A stretch of 64,000 bases of DNA from Clostridiales bacterium DTU073 (GTDB lineage: Bacteria > Bacillota > Peptococcia > DRI-13 > DTU073): NCBI GenBank assembly GCA_001512665.1, contig LFSF01000004.1:349-64348 (forward strand). Direction: 5' to 3'. This document shows positions 56,696-64,000 of this stretch, in pieces (the stretch's first letter is position 1; every line of letters begins with the position of its first letter). A program made the position numbers and the translations under genes. The notes under the pieces are model-generated. The model was given only the letters and a program-made list of their open reading frames with translations. It was not told the DNA's origin and made no database searches.

Positions 56696-58039
56696 ATGGG
56701 GAAAACTTTGATTAAGAATGGTTATTTAGTAACCATGAATCCTAAACGGGAAGTTTATTCTCATGGTTATCTGCTAATTCAGGATGAACAAATTGAGGAT
56801 TTAGGGCCAGGAATACCCAAGGTAGATGCAAGACATTGTGAACGTGTTATTGATGCTAAGGGAATGCTCGTCTTACCGGGTTTAATTAATATGCATCAGC
56901 ATCATTGGTATACACTTTTTAAAGGAATTAGTGAGGGTTATTTGTTAGAAGATTGGTTGCAGCAGGTTACTTTTCCGCTGACCAATGCTTTGGAATGTCG
57001 TGATTTAGAGCTTAGTGCTTTTTTGGCGGCTGCGGAAATGCTAACGACAGGGACGACCTGTTTTTTTAATCATAGCGTACGTAGAACAACAAAAGAAGAT
57101 TTTGCTGCAATTGCTCAACCTTTTCTACAGGCAGGAATCAGACATATCTATGGTAAGGAACTTAGGGTTGGGCAGGAGACAAGTGTAAGCGAAGAGTTAA
57201 GTCAATTTGAAGATCTTCTGACATCATGGCAGGGAGCCGGACACGGGCTTTTACAGTTGGGTATGGTCATTGAAACGTCGGCGCATTGGTTAAAAACCGG
57301 GGTAACCAGTGAAGCTTTAATTAAAGAAGGTACTGCTTATGCTCGTAGTAACAGATTGAAAATCTCCGATCATATCACCGGGGCTACCCTTTGGCGAACC
57401 ATTACAGAACAGATTAGACAGACAGGGTATAATGATGTGGAATATTTGGCCCGCTTGGGTGTGCTTGGAGATGAGTTTTTGTTGATCCATTGTGTATGGC
57501 TGAATGATAAGGAAATTAAATTAGTCTCCGAGTTAGGTGGACATATTGTTCTTTGTCCTGCTAGTGGTGCTTATACTGCTGGGGGAGTGGCACCTGCCAA
57601 AGCTATGCTCGAGGCGGGGATAAATCTATGTCTGGGTAGTGATGGACCGATGGTTAATGATTCAGTGGATATGGTTGAGCAAATGAAGATTAGTGCATTG
57701 CTGCAAAATGTCAAATACTTGACTCCGGCAACTTTGTCCGCTGAAACTTTATTAGAGATGTGTACTATTAATGCCGCTAAGGCACTGGGTTTGGAAAAGG
57801 AGATTGGTTCTTTGGAAGTAGGCAAAAAGGCAGATATCGCGATTTTTGATTTGCAGAAGCCGCATTATGGAGTGCCTTTACGTCCTCCGGTTAATTTAGT
57901 ATATAGTGGAAAGGGTACTGACGCAGCATATGTTTTTGTCAATGGAATTTTAAGAGTAGACCAATTTCGTTTAGTGTCGATAGACCTGAACAATATTCAA
58001 GAGGAAGCATTTACGCGAGTTCAGGCATTGGTGAAGTAG
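56696..58039 (+). CDS. Amidohydrolase family protein (chlorohydrolase / nucleobase- or MTA/SAH-deaminase-like)
   Basis: LPGLINMHQHH metal-binding HxH motif, GSDG and a C-terminal G.LEVGKKADI pattern. ATG 56696 lies 6 nt after GAGGTG. Confidence 0.8.
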   Translation: MGKTLIKNGYLVTMNPKREVYSHGYLLIQDEQIEDLGPGIPKVDARHCERVIDAKGMLVLPGLINMHQHHWYTLFKGISEGYLLEDWLQQVTFPLTNALECRDLELSAFLAAAEMLTTGTTCFFNHSVRRTTKEDFAAIAQPFLQAGIRHIYGKELRVGQETSVSEELSQFEDLLTSWQGAGHGLLQLGMVIETSAHWLKTGVTSEALIKEGTAYARSNRLKISDHITGATLWRTITEQIRQTGYNDVEYLARLGVLGDEFLLIHCVWLNDKEIKLVSELGGHIVLCPASGAYTAGGVAPAKAMLEAGINLCLGSDGPMVNDSVDMVEQMKISALLQNVKYLTPATLSAETLLEMCTINAAKALGLEKEIGSLEVGKKADIAIFDLQKPHYGVPLRPPVNLVYSGKGTDAAYVFVNGILRVDQFRLVSIDLNNIQEEAFTRVQALVK

Positions 58040-58136
58040 TAGTTAAAAGTTAACATCTATTTATTATTATTTTATTATATGATATGCGTATTATTAGGTT
58101 TTCTGGGGAACTTATTATTAATTGAATAACGGTTAC

Positions 58137-58778
58137 CTAATCTAAGATGGTCATGACTTCTTCTAGGGGCTTACGAGGGGGACTGGACAGTTCTGACTCT
58201 ATCGGCAAACCTAGAGGGGTGATGGCGGCTAGATAATAACCTTCTTTATGAAAACCTACCACTTCGCTCAATTCCTTTGCCGCAACATTTGGGCTGGTCA
58301 TCCAACATGTTCCATATCCGAGGTTGGCTGCGGCCAGCAGTAGGTTTTCCATGGCTGCCCCGATGTTTTGGATACCCGGGTTGGGTTTTTCTACTTGTGC
58401 TATTTCTTCCTCTGAAGCATTAATCGCTTTAAATATCTCCAGACCTGTTGTGGGATAAGGACCGGCAAATACTAAGATCGTTACAGGGGCATTTTTAAAG
58501 ATGGTGGAATAGTCAAGAGACTTAAGAAATCTGTTTTTTATGGCTTCTTCCTTGATATATTCCGCAGTTTTTCTTATCTTTTTTTCAATTACTAAGGCCA
58601 TTTGCTGAATGATTTTTTGATTATTAACAACGACAAAATGCCAGTTTTGCAGATTTTTTCCGGAGGGAGCATAGGTAGCTGCTTTGATAATCTTTTTGAT
58701 GTCTTCTAAAGGTACAGGTTGATCTTTGAATTTCCTCACACTATGTCTTTTGTAGATAAATTCGAGAGTATTGTTCAT
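58137..58778 (-). CDS. Nitroreductase family protein
   Basis: RHSVRKF..PV and AP SGKNLQNWHFVVV motifs. 213 aa. Confidence 0.85.
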   Translation of the reverse strand: MNNTLEFIYKRHSVRKFKDQPVPLEDIKKIIKAATYAPSGKNLQNWHFVVVNNQKIIQQMALVIEKKIRKTAEYIKEEAIKNRFLKSLDYSTIFKNAPVTILVFAGPYPTTGLEIFKAINASEEEIAQVEKPNPGIQNIGAAMENLLLAAANLGYGTCWMTSPNVAAKELSEVVGFHKEGYYLAAITPLGLPIESELSSPPRKPLEEVMTILD

Positions 58779-58896
58779 TATGTATGACCTCCTTTAATCG
58801 GTTTCCTTTTGTTCGATTCATATAAAAGTATACCCTCTTTTTTATGTTTTGTTGAGACTAAATGCTTTCTATTGAAATGAGCAAGGAGATGGTCGC

Positions 58897-59898
58897 TTGT
58901 TCCCGGCAAAGATCTTTTACGAACCGGCAAGTTTATCTTATGAACTAGGGAAACAACTGCAAGAAAAGTATCAGCATGTCCCTTGGATACCTATTGAAAA
59001 CCACAATAATATCCAAGAACTCCGCGAGAATTCCAACCAGGAATTTGCAAAAATGAAGCAATATTTGATTATCGGAGTGCGTAAATCCTTAAAATATACG
59101 CCTAATCAGGAAAATAAGGTCTCAGATTATTTGGTTCCCTATACATCTTCCGGTTGTAGTGCCATGTGCCTTTATTGTTATTTGGTGTGTAATTTCAATA
59201 AATGTTCTTATCTCAGGTTGTTTGTTAATCGTCAGGAAATGATGAACAAATTACTGAAAACCGCCAGAAAGGCGGAAAAAGAACTGGTTTTAGAAATTGG
59301 CAGTAACAGTGACCTCGTTTTGGAAAATATGATTACGGGAAATCTGGAATGGACGATTGAAAACTTTAGTATCAGTAAAAAAGGTTATTTGACCTTTCCC
59401 ACCAAGTTTGACATGATTGAACCGCTTCTTCCCCTGAATCACCGAGGGAGAACGATTATGCGGATGAGTGTGAACCCGGAGGAGATTATTCGCAAAGTAG
59501 AGTTTGGGACTTCTTCGCTCAAAGCTAGGATTAAGGCGATTAACCGGATGTGTGAGGCCGGGTATCGGGTAGGGATCTTGATTGCTCCTGTGGTTTTGGT
59601 TGAAAATTGGGAGGAACTTTATGCACGTTTAATTGAACAACTGGCCGATGAATTATCAACCAAAGTAAAAGAGCAGTTATTTCTGGAAATCATTTTTATG
59701 ACCTATAGTTATGTACATAGAGCCATTAATAATGACGCTTTTCCTAATGCTGTGGAGCTCTATGATCAATCTCTAATGACGGGGCGGGGGAGGGGGAAAT
59801 ATTGCTACCGGGAAGATGCCCGTGCCTTAGCTGAACAATTTTTAAGAGATCAGCTTTCGCAAAAATTAAGCAACATTCCTATAGTCTATATAGTGTAA
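58897..59898 (+). CDS. splB: Spore photoproduct lyase
   Basis: Co-linear with Bacillus SplB from memory: IGVRKSLKY, radical-SAM CSAMCLYCYL, EFGTSSLKARIKAINRMCEAGYRVG. TTG start after AAGGAG. Confidence 0.88.
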   Translation: MFPAKIFYEPASLSYELGKQLQEKYQHVPWIPIENHNNIQELRENSNQEFAKMKQYLIIGVRKSLKYTPNQENKVSDYLVPYTSSGCSAMCLYCYLVCNFNKCSYLRLFVNRQEMMNKLLKTARKAEKELVLEIGSNSDLVLENMITGNLEWTIENFSISKKGYLTFPTKFDMIEPLLPLNHRGRTIMRMSVNPEEIIRKVEFGTSSLKARIKAINRMCEAGYRVGILIAPVVLVENWEELYARLIEQLADELSTKVKEQLFLEIIFMTYSYVHRAINNDAFPNAVELYDQSLMTGRGRGKYCYREDARALAEQFLRDQLSQKLSNIPIVYIV

Positions 59899-59983
59899 GG
59901 TGCAGATAGTATAAAGTATTTTATTTAACATAGCAATTAGTTTTTGACAAGGACTAGATATCGGTACTTGTTCTTTTTTTCTG

Positions 59984-60014
59984 TTGACATTGACGTAACG
60001 TAATGGTTTATACT
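59984..60014 (+). promoter_or_regulatory. MerR-type promoter: TTGACA (59984-59989), 19-bp spacer containing ACGTAACGT dyad, TATACT (60009-60014)
   Basis: The over-long 19-bp spacer with a central dyad is the hallmark of MerR-family-controlled promoters. Directly upstream of the MerR/TipA gene. Confidence 0.65.
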
Positions 60015-60036
60015 GATGTTGTCAGGGGGGAACGCA

Positions 60037-60798
60037 ATGGAATATACAGTAAAAAAGTTAGCTAGGCTTGCGGGCGTCAGTGCACGGACGTTACGCTATT
60101 ATGACCAGATTGGCTTACTTTCTCCTTCTCGTGTCTCTTCTTCCGGATACCGGATTTATGGGCAAGCCGAGGTTGATAAGCTTCAGCAAATCTTATTTTA
60201 TCGCGAACTGGGGATTAAGTTGGAAGAGATTAAAAAAATAATTTCTGATCCGGATTATGATGAGCTTTCTGCCTTAGAGGAGTATCGTGAGGAACTTAAA
60301 TGTCGGCAGGAACGGCTTTCACTTTTGATTAGAACTGTGGAGAAAACGATAGAAGCACGGAAAGGAATGATGACCATGAGTGATAACGAGAAATTTGAAG
60401 GTTTAAAAAAAGAATTGCTTGCAGAGAATGAGCGAAAATACGGCAAGGAAATTCGTGAGAAATATGGAGAAAAAACTGTAAAAGAAAGCAACGAAAAATT
60501 TATGAATCTCACGCCAGAGGAGTATAAGCGGATGCAAGAACTGGCGGAAAAGATCAACACTATGCTGGAACAGGCGGTACGTGAGGGCGCAGACCCAGCC
60601 GGGGAAACAGGCAGAGAAATTATTGCTCTGCATAAAGAATGGTTGGGTTTTACCTGGACAGAATATTCACCGGAAGCACATCTTGGATTGACTCAGATGT
60701 ATGTGGATGATGCAAGGTTTACGGCTTATTATGATCAGAATGTACCGGGTTGTGCCGCTTTTTTGCACAAGGCTGCTCAGAACTGGCTTGAAAGGTAA
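60037..60798 (+). CDS. MerR family transcriptional regulator with TipAS-like C-terminal effector domain
   Basis: YTVKKLARLAGVSARTLRYYDQIGLL HTH. C-terminal EWLGFTW...YVDDARFTAYYD is typical of the TipAS domain. Confidence 0.85.
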   Translation: MEYTVKKLARLAGVSARTLRYYDQIGLLSPSRVSSSGYRIYGQAEVDKLQQILFYRELGIKLEEIKKIISDPDYDELSALEEYREELKCRQERLSLLIRTVEKTIEARKGMMTMSDNEKFEGLKKELLAENERKYGKEIREKYGEKTVKESNEKFMNLTPEEYKRMQELAEKINTMLEQAVREGADPAGETGREIIALHKEWLGFTWTEYSPEAHLGLTQMYVDDARFTAYYDQNVPGCAAFLHKAAQNWLER

Positions 60799-60905
60799 AT
60801 TGTATATTAGAAACCAAAAGGTTAGGAAACATTTATTAAACCCTTTCGTCTAAGATTAATGTAAATGCATTTATGTTAAAAATTTTTAGAGGAAGGGGTT
60901 TTTCT

Positions 60906-62093
60906 ATGGTTAAAACAAAATTTAAAAAAGTCGCAGCCATAGGTATGTGTTGTGCATTGACCATATCCGGCTCAGTTTTTGCTATGTCTAATGATAAGCC
61001 GGTATATCAGGCAGTACCAATTATGGCCGTTGAGACTGATTATCAAGAACTTTTAGAATTACAAAGTAAGATTGATCAGTATGTTTTTGTCGATCATGTT
61101 CAAGACATCGCCCAAGCAGGTTTTAAAGTAACCAATACGGGTCCTATAGGGGACTATGTAGAGGTTGGAATTTTACCATATTCAGAAAAGAATGCTAATT
61201 TTCTTTATGAACTGTTCGGTACGGAAAAGCTTAAGGTAGTGGAAGGAGTACAGGCTTATCCTTTGCCTATGCCGGAAATTATTCCTATTATGGAGAAATT
61301 AAAGATCGGCATACAAGTAAATGGCGAAGCGCTGCAATTAGATGTTGAGCCGATTATCGAGAACGACAGAACATTAGTTCCGCTTCGTGGCGTAATGGAG
61401 AAATTAGGAGCTAAGGTAGATTGGGATGAACAGCAAAGGTTGGTAGAAATAACAACTGACGAGCTTACTATTCAATTGGTTGTAGATGAAGATACGGCTA
61501 AGGTGATAAAGAAGATTGATGAGACATCAGAATTAAGAGTGGAAACGATCAAGTTGGATGTTCCTACCAGAATTGTGGACAGTCGCATTTTTATTCCCGG
61601 ACGTTTTGTGGCCGAGACTTTAGGTGCTCAGGTAAACTGGGACGAATCATTACGTATTGTATATATTGATTCACAAACAACACCGCAAACTGACATTATT
61701 ACTTATGAAAATAAACAATATGGTTTTATCTTTTCCTTACCAGAGAGTTGGCAAGGTTACCAGATTGTTATGGATAAATGGGAGGGTAAAGCTATAGACG
61801 AAAACGCCAAAATTGTGGAATCAGGTCCGTTACTGATGATTAGACATCCGGAATGGACAGCGGAGAATGTACGCCAGGATATTCCGATTATGATTTTTAC
61901 TCTTGGGCAGTGGAATGCGGTGCAAAATCATGAATTTGCTGTTAGCGCGGCACCTATTGGACCGAGTGAACTGGGGCGGAATAATCAATATGTGTTTGCT
62001 TTGCCGGCGCGTTACAATTTTGCTTTCCCTACCGGATATGAGGAAGTTGAAGATATTTTAAACAGTGACCCTTTACAACCGAAAAATCTTTAA
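60906..62093 (+). CDS. Secreted protein with two copper-amine-oxidase N-terminal-like (stalk) repeats and an unknown C-terminal domain
   Basis: Signal peptide. Repeats DRTLVPLRGVMEKLGAKVDWD and SRIFIPGRFVAETLGAQVNWD. Confidence 0.7.
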   Translation: MVKTKFKKVAAIGMCCALTISGSVFAMSNDKPVYQAVPIMAVETDYQELLELQSKIDQYVFVDHVQDIAQAGFKVTNTGPIGDYVEVGILPYSEKNANFLYELFGTEKLKVVEGVQAYPLPMPEIIPIMEKLKIGIQVNGEALQLDVEPIIENDRTLVPLRGVMEKLGAKVDWDEQQRLVEITTDELTIQLVVDEDTAKVIKKIDETSELRVETIKLDVPTRIVDSRIFIPGRFVAETLGAQVNWDESLRIVYIDSQTTPQTDIITYENKQYGFIFSLPESWQGYQIVMDKWEGKAIDENAKIVESGPLLMIRHPEWTAENVRQDIPIMIFTLGQWNAVQNHEFAVSAAPIGPSELGRNNQYVFALPARYNFAFPTGYEEVEDILNSDPLQPKNL

Positions 62094-62108
62094 TACATAA
62101 TTAAATTA

Positions 62109-62154
62109 AGCACTCCTAATGTTAGATTATATCTAAGTATAGGAGTGCTCTTTT
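62109..62154. terminator. Bidirectional terminator between convergent genes
   Basis: Stem AGCACTCCTA/TAGGAGTGCT followed by CTTTTG. A/T-rich flank on the other side. Confidence 0.7.
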
Positions 62155-62181
62155 GTACTTATATTAGCTTAGTGTTTTTAG

Positions 62182-63591
62182 TCACATTTCTCTTTCTTTC
62201 AGAAATCCCTCACTAGCTCCGGCTGCCATTTGCCAAGCGCGCCGGTTTCTCCGGAAATGGAAGTAAAGCACGAGATAAATGGCGAGAGCGATAGCAATAG
62301 TAATAATTCTGATATTTTCCGGAGCGGAAAAGGCTTTATAGACTAACCAGAGAATGGGGTTATTACCAATAGACCAAGCGGATACTAAAGCGCCGGTAGA
62401 AGGTATTTCTACTCCGGAGAGTTTAGCAGCTTCTGTAAAGACTGCGGCAATTTCGGAGTTACATAATTGGGCAGCACCAAACCAGATTGCTCCGGTAATT
62501 ACTGTACTTAAAATATTGCCTTTCATGATAGTAACAATACTAATTACCATAAAGGGCATAGCCGGCAAGTCGGCTAACGGTAAAATGTTATTACCTGGTA
62601 AAAGAACGGCAATTAAGAGGATAATCGGGATCAGTAACAAACCACTGGTGAGTGTAGCTTCTTCACCGAATAATACGGCGGAATCCATGGCAATATAGAA
62701 GTTTTCCCTCTTTATTTCTCCATTACGTAGACGAGCGTTCAATGTTTGGCTAATAGGAATAAGACCTTTCACGAAGAGACCTGAGACTGCAGGATAGAGA
62801 GCCATAATGGCACCAGTTAAGATAGCCGTTTGCAAAATTGACGCCCAAGCTGCCAAAGTACCAAGTTGATTTAGTTTAGCGATGGCGGCGATTACAAAAC
62901 CGATAATTAATCCCATACTGATTGGTTCACCCCAGAAGCCAAACCTTTGTCTTAAGTTCTCAGGATTTAGTTTAATATCGTAAATGCGAAGTTTTATCAG
63001 AATCCATTTCATGAGTACGGTAAAGGGAGCGGCGTTTACAGAAGCATAAGTAGTATTGGTAATACCCTCATAACCATAATATTCCTGAATGGCAGGAGCC
63101 AGCCAGTCTGCCAATAAAAGCAGGATTAGGTTACCAAACATTGCCGCTAAAATACCGAGCCAAAAGCTTCCTGTAACAAGTTGGACGATGGCCGCCCAAA
63201 ACACGAATTGATAATAATTCCAGATATCTGTGGGATGGAAAGTATCAGTCCATTTAACCAGAAAGAGAAAAAGATCGAAGAAGACACCGAAAACAAGATA
63301 GAACAAACCGATTTGGTTAGCATAAACGATTACGGCTGCGGCCGGCCAGCCCAAATCGATTACGGGGAGATTGATTCCCGTATTTTGCACCATTTCCGAA
63401 ACAACAGGGCCAAGTGAATTCATCAGAGCACCTAAGATGACATTAAAGGCGGTTAAACCGATACCCATGTAAATCGCACCGCGCAAGGCATCTTTCGGCT
63501 TAACTCTTAAAAACATACTGAGAATGAAAACGACAACAGGTACAAGAATTGAAGCACCAAAAAGGTCAATAATCTGCTTGAGCAGTTCCAT
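62182..63591 (-). CDS. gatC: PTS system EIIC component, galactitol (GatC) family
   Basis: About 470-aa polytopic protein. The N-terminus ...IIDLFGASILVPVVVFILS..., WPAAAVI and WNYYQF resemble GatC/SgcC. The first ATG (63597) abuts the SD, so 63591 is preferred. Confidence 0.75.
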   Translation of the reverse strand: MELLKQIIDLFGASILVPVVVFILSMFLRVKPKDALRGAIYMGIGLTAFNVILGALMNSLGPVVSEMVQNTGINLPVIDLGWPAAAVIVYANQIGLFYLVFGVFFDLFLFLVKWTDTFHPTDIWNYYQFVFWAAIVQLVTGSFWLGILAAMFGNLILLLLADWLAPAIQEYYGYEGITNTTYASVNAAPFTVLMKWILIKLRIYDIKLNPENLRQRFGFWGEPISMGLIIGFVIAAIAKLNQLGTLAAWASILQTAILTGAIMALYPAVSGLFVKGLIPISQTLNARLRNGEIKRENFYIAMDSAVLFGEEATLTSGLLLIPIILLIAVLLPGNNILPLADLPAMPFMVISIVTIMKGNILSTVITGAIWFGAAQLCNSEIAAVFTEAAKLSGVEIPSTGALVSAWSIGNNPILWLVYKAFSAPENIRIITIAIALAIYLVLYFHFRRNRRAWQMAAGASEGFLKEREM

Positions 63592-63727
63592 GTTCATTCC
63601 TCCATATTTTTATTTGCTTTACTTAAATTACCTCTTTTTAGGCGTTCTTATGCATATTAAAAATAATCAATGCCGTATAATATTTTTAGTTTATAATTCC
63701 CACAAACTATATGAAGGAGTGTTTATT

Positions 63728-64000
63728 ATGAAATTTTGTTGGAGTACTATAAAGGTTAAAAATATGGAAGAATCTTTAAAGTTTTATCAAGAAATAGTTG
63801 GGCTAAAGCTTAATAATCGTTTTAAGGCTGGTCCGGGATCGGAAATCGCTTTTTTGGGGGATGGGGAGACTAAGATTGAGCTGTTTTATGATGAAGAAAT
63901 TAAAGAAGTAAACATAGGAGAAGACGTTTCCTGGGGATTTGTAGTAGATTCGGTAGATGAAATGATAAAATTTGTCCAAGAAAAAGGTATCCCTATTCAA
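63728..64000 (+). CDS. VOC/glyoxalase I family protein, 3' end outside window
   Basis: ATG 63728 follows GAAGGAG. STIKVKNMEESLKFYQEIVGLKL is a typical glyoxalase/VOC N-terminus. The frame is open to the window end. Confidence 0.75.
   Translation, partial: MKFCWSTIKVKNMEESLKFYQEIVGLKLNNRFKAGPGSEIAFLGDGETKIELFYDEEIKEVNIGEDVSWGFVVDSVDEMIKFVQEKGIPIQ

Noticed and set aside
63803-64000. 65-aa minus-strand ORF at the window end
   Set aside because: It is antisense to a plus-strand VOC/glyoxalase gene (ATG 63728, good SD) that runs off the window.
1-64000. Searched by eye for CRISPR repeats, tRNA/rRNA genes, transposase or integrase genes, phage modules and recognisable defence-system genes
   Set aside because: None was recognised. 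The only repeats seen are short operator duplications, three small tandem repeats and a (TA)6 tract. A computational scan (tRNAscan-SE, Rfam, a CRISPR finder, DefenseFinder/PADLOC) is needed to make this negative result firm.

Overview
This is 64 kb of an AT-rich, low-GC Firmicutes chromosome, probably a Clostridia-type anaerobic endospore former. That inference rests on dfx-perR-rubrerythrin, HydG, spore photoproduct lyase and a Na+-decarboxylase beta subunit. Coding density is high, most genes are on the + strand, and most have clear Shine-Dalgarno sites.

Recognisable content, in order:
- sfsA (partial) and yaiI
- a DUF5320-DUF134-Mrp/NBP35 operon
- a USP/KdpD-like gene divergent from a complete mrpABCDEFG Na+/H+ antiporter operon
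- csoR-copA
- a DUF2975-YozG-DUF4153 operon
- dfx-perR-rbr, then ddh
- a thioredoxin/CcdA-like fusion protein
- an MCP, a CaCA exchanger and putP
- a YtrA-type GntR regulator with an ABC module
- a membrane-anchored MutS-like ATPase, then uppP
- a Na+-decarboxylase beta subunit plus a gamma-like mini-ORF missing from the ORF track
- a DUF815 ATPase
- a Liv-type ABC importer followed by a CBS-ACT protein
- a TM1266-type regulator with hydG
- a heterodimeric ABC exporter, an amidohydrolase, a nitroreductase and splB
- a TipA-like MerR regulator, a PTS GatC-like IIC component and a VOC protein (partial)

I recognised no rRNA, tRNA, CRISPR array, transposase, integrase or phage genes.

The most unusual thing I can support directly is a high density of disrupted genes:
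- an in-frame TAG in a DUF6125-like gene
- a truncated azlC abutting an AT-rich three-gene islet
- a DUF1905 gene with an internal deletion between CCCCTT repeats
- a radical-SAM C-terminal fragment
- a PucR-like regulator fused by deletion to a sugar-binding-protein gene that itself has an internal deletion

I do not see a convincing new multi-gene system such as a defence island. The best candidates for undescribed biology are four:
- the DUF5320/DUF134/NBP35 operon with its duplicated palindromic operator
- the membrane-anchored MutS-like protein
- the AT-rich orphan islet at 40.2-41.4 kb
- the roughly 180-nt untranslated region ending in a strong terminator immediately upstream of the hydrogenase-maturation genes

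All family assignments come from reading the translated sequences and from motif memory. No database search was run.
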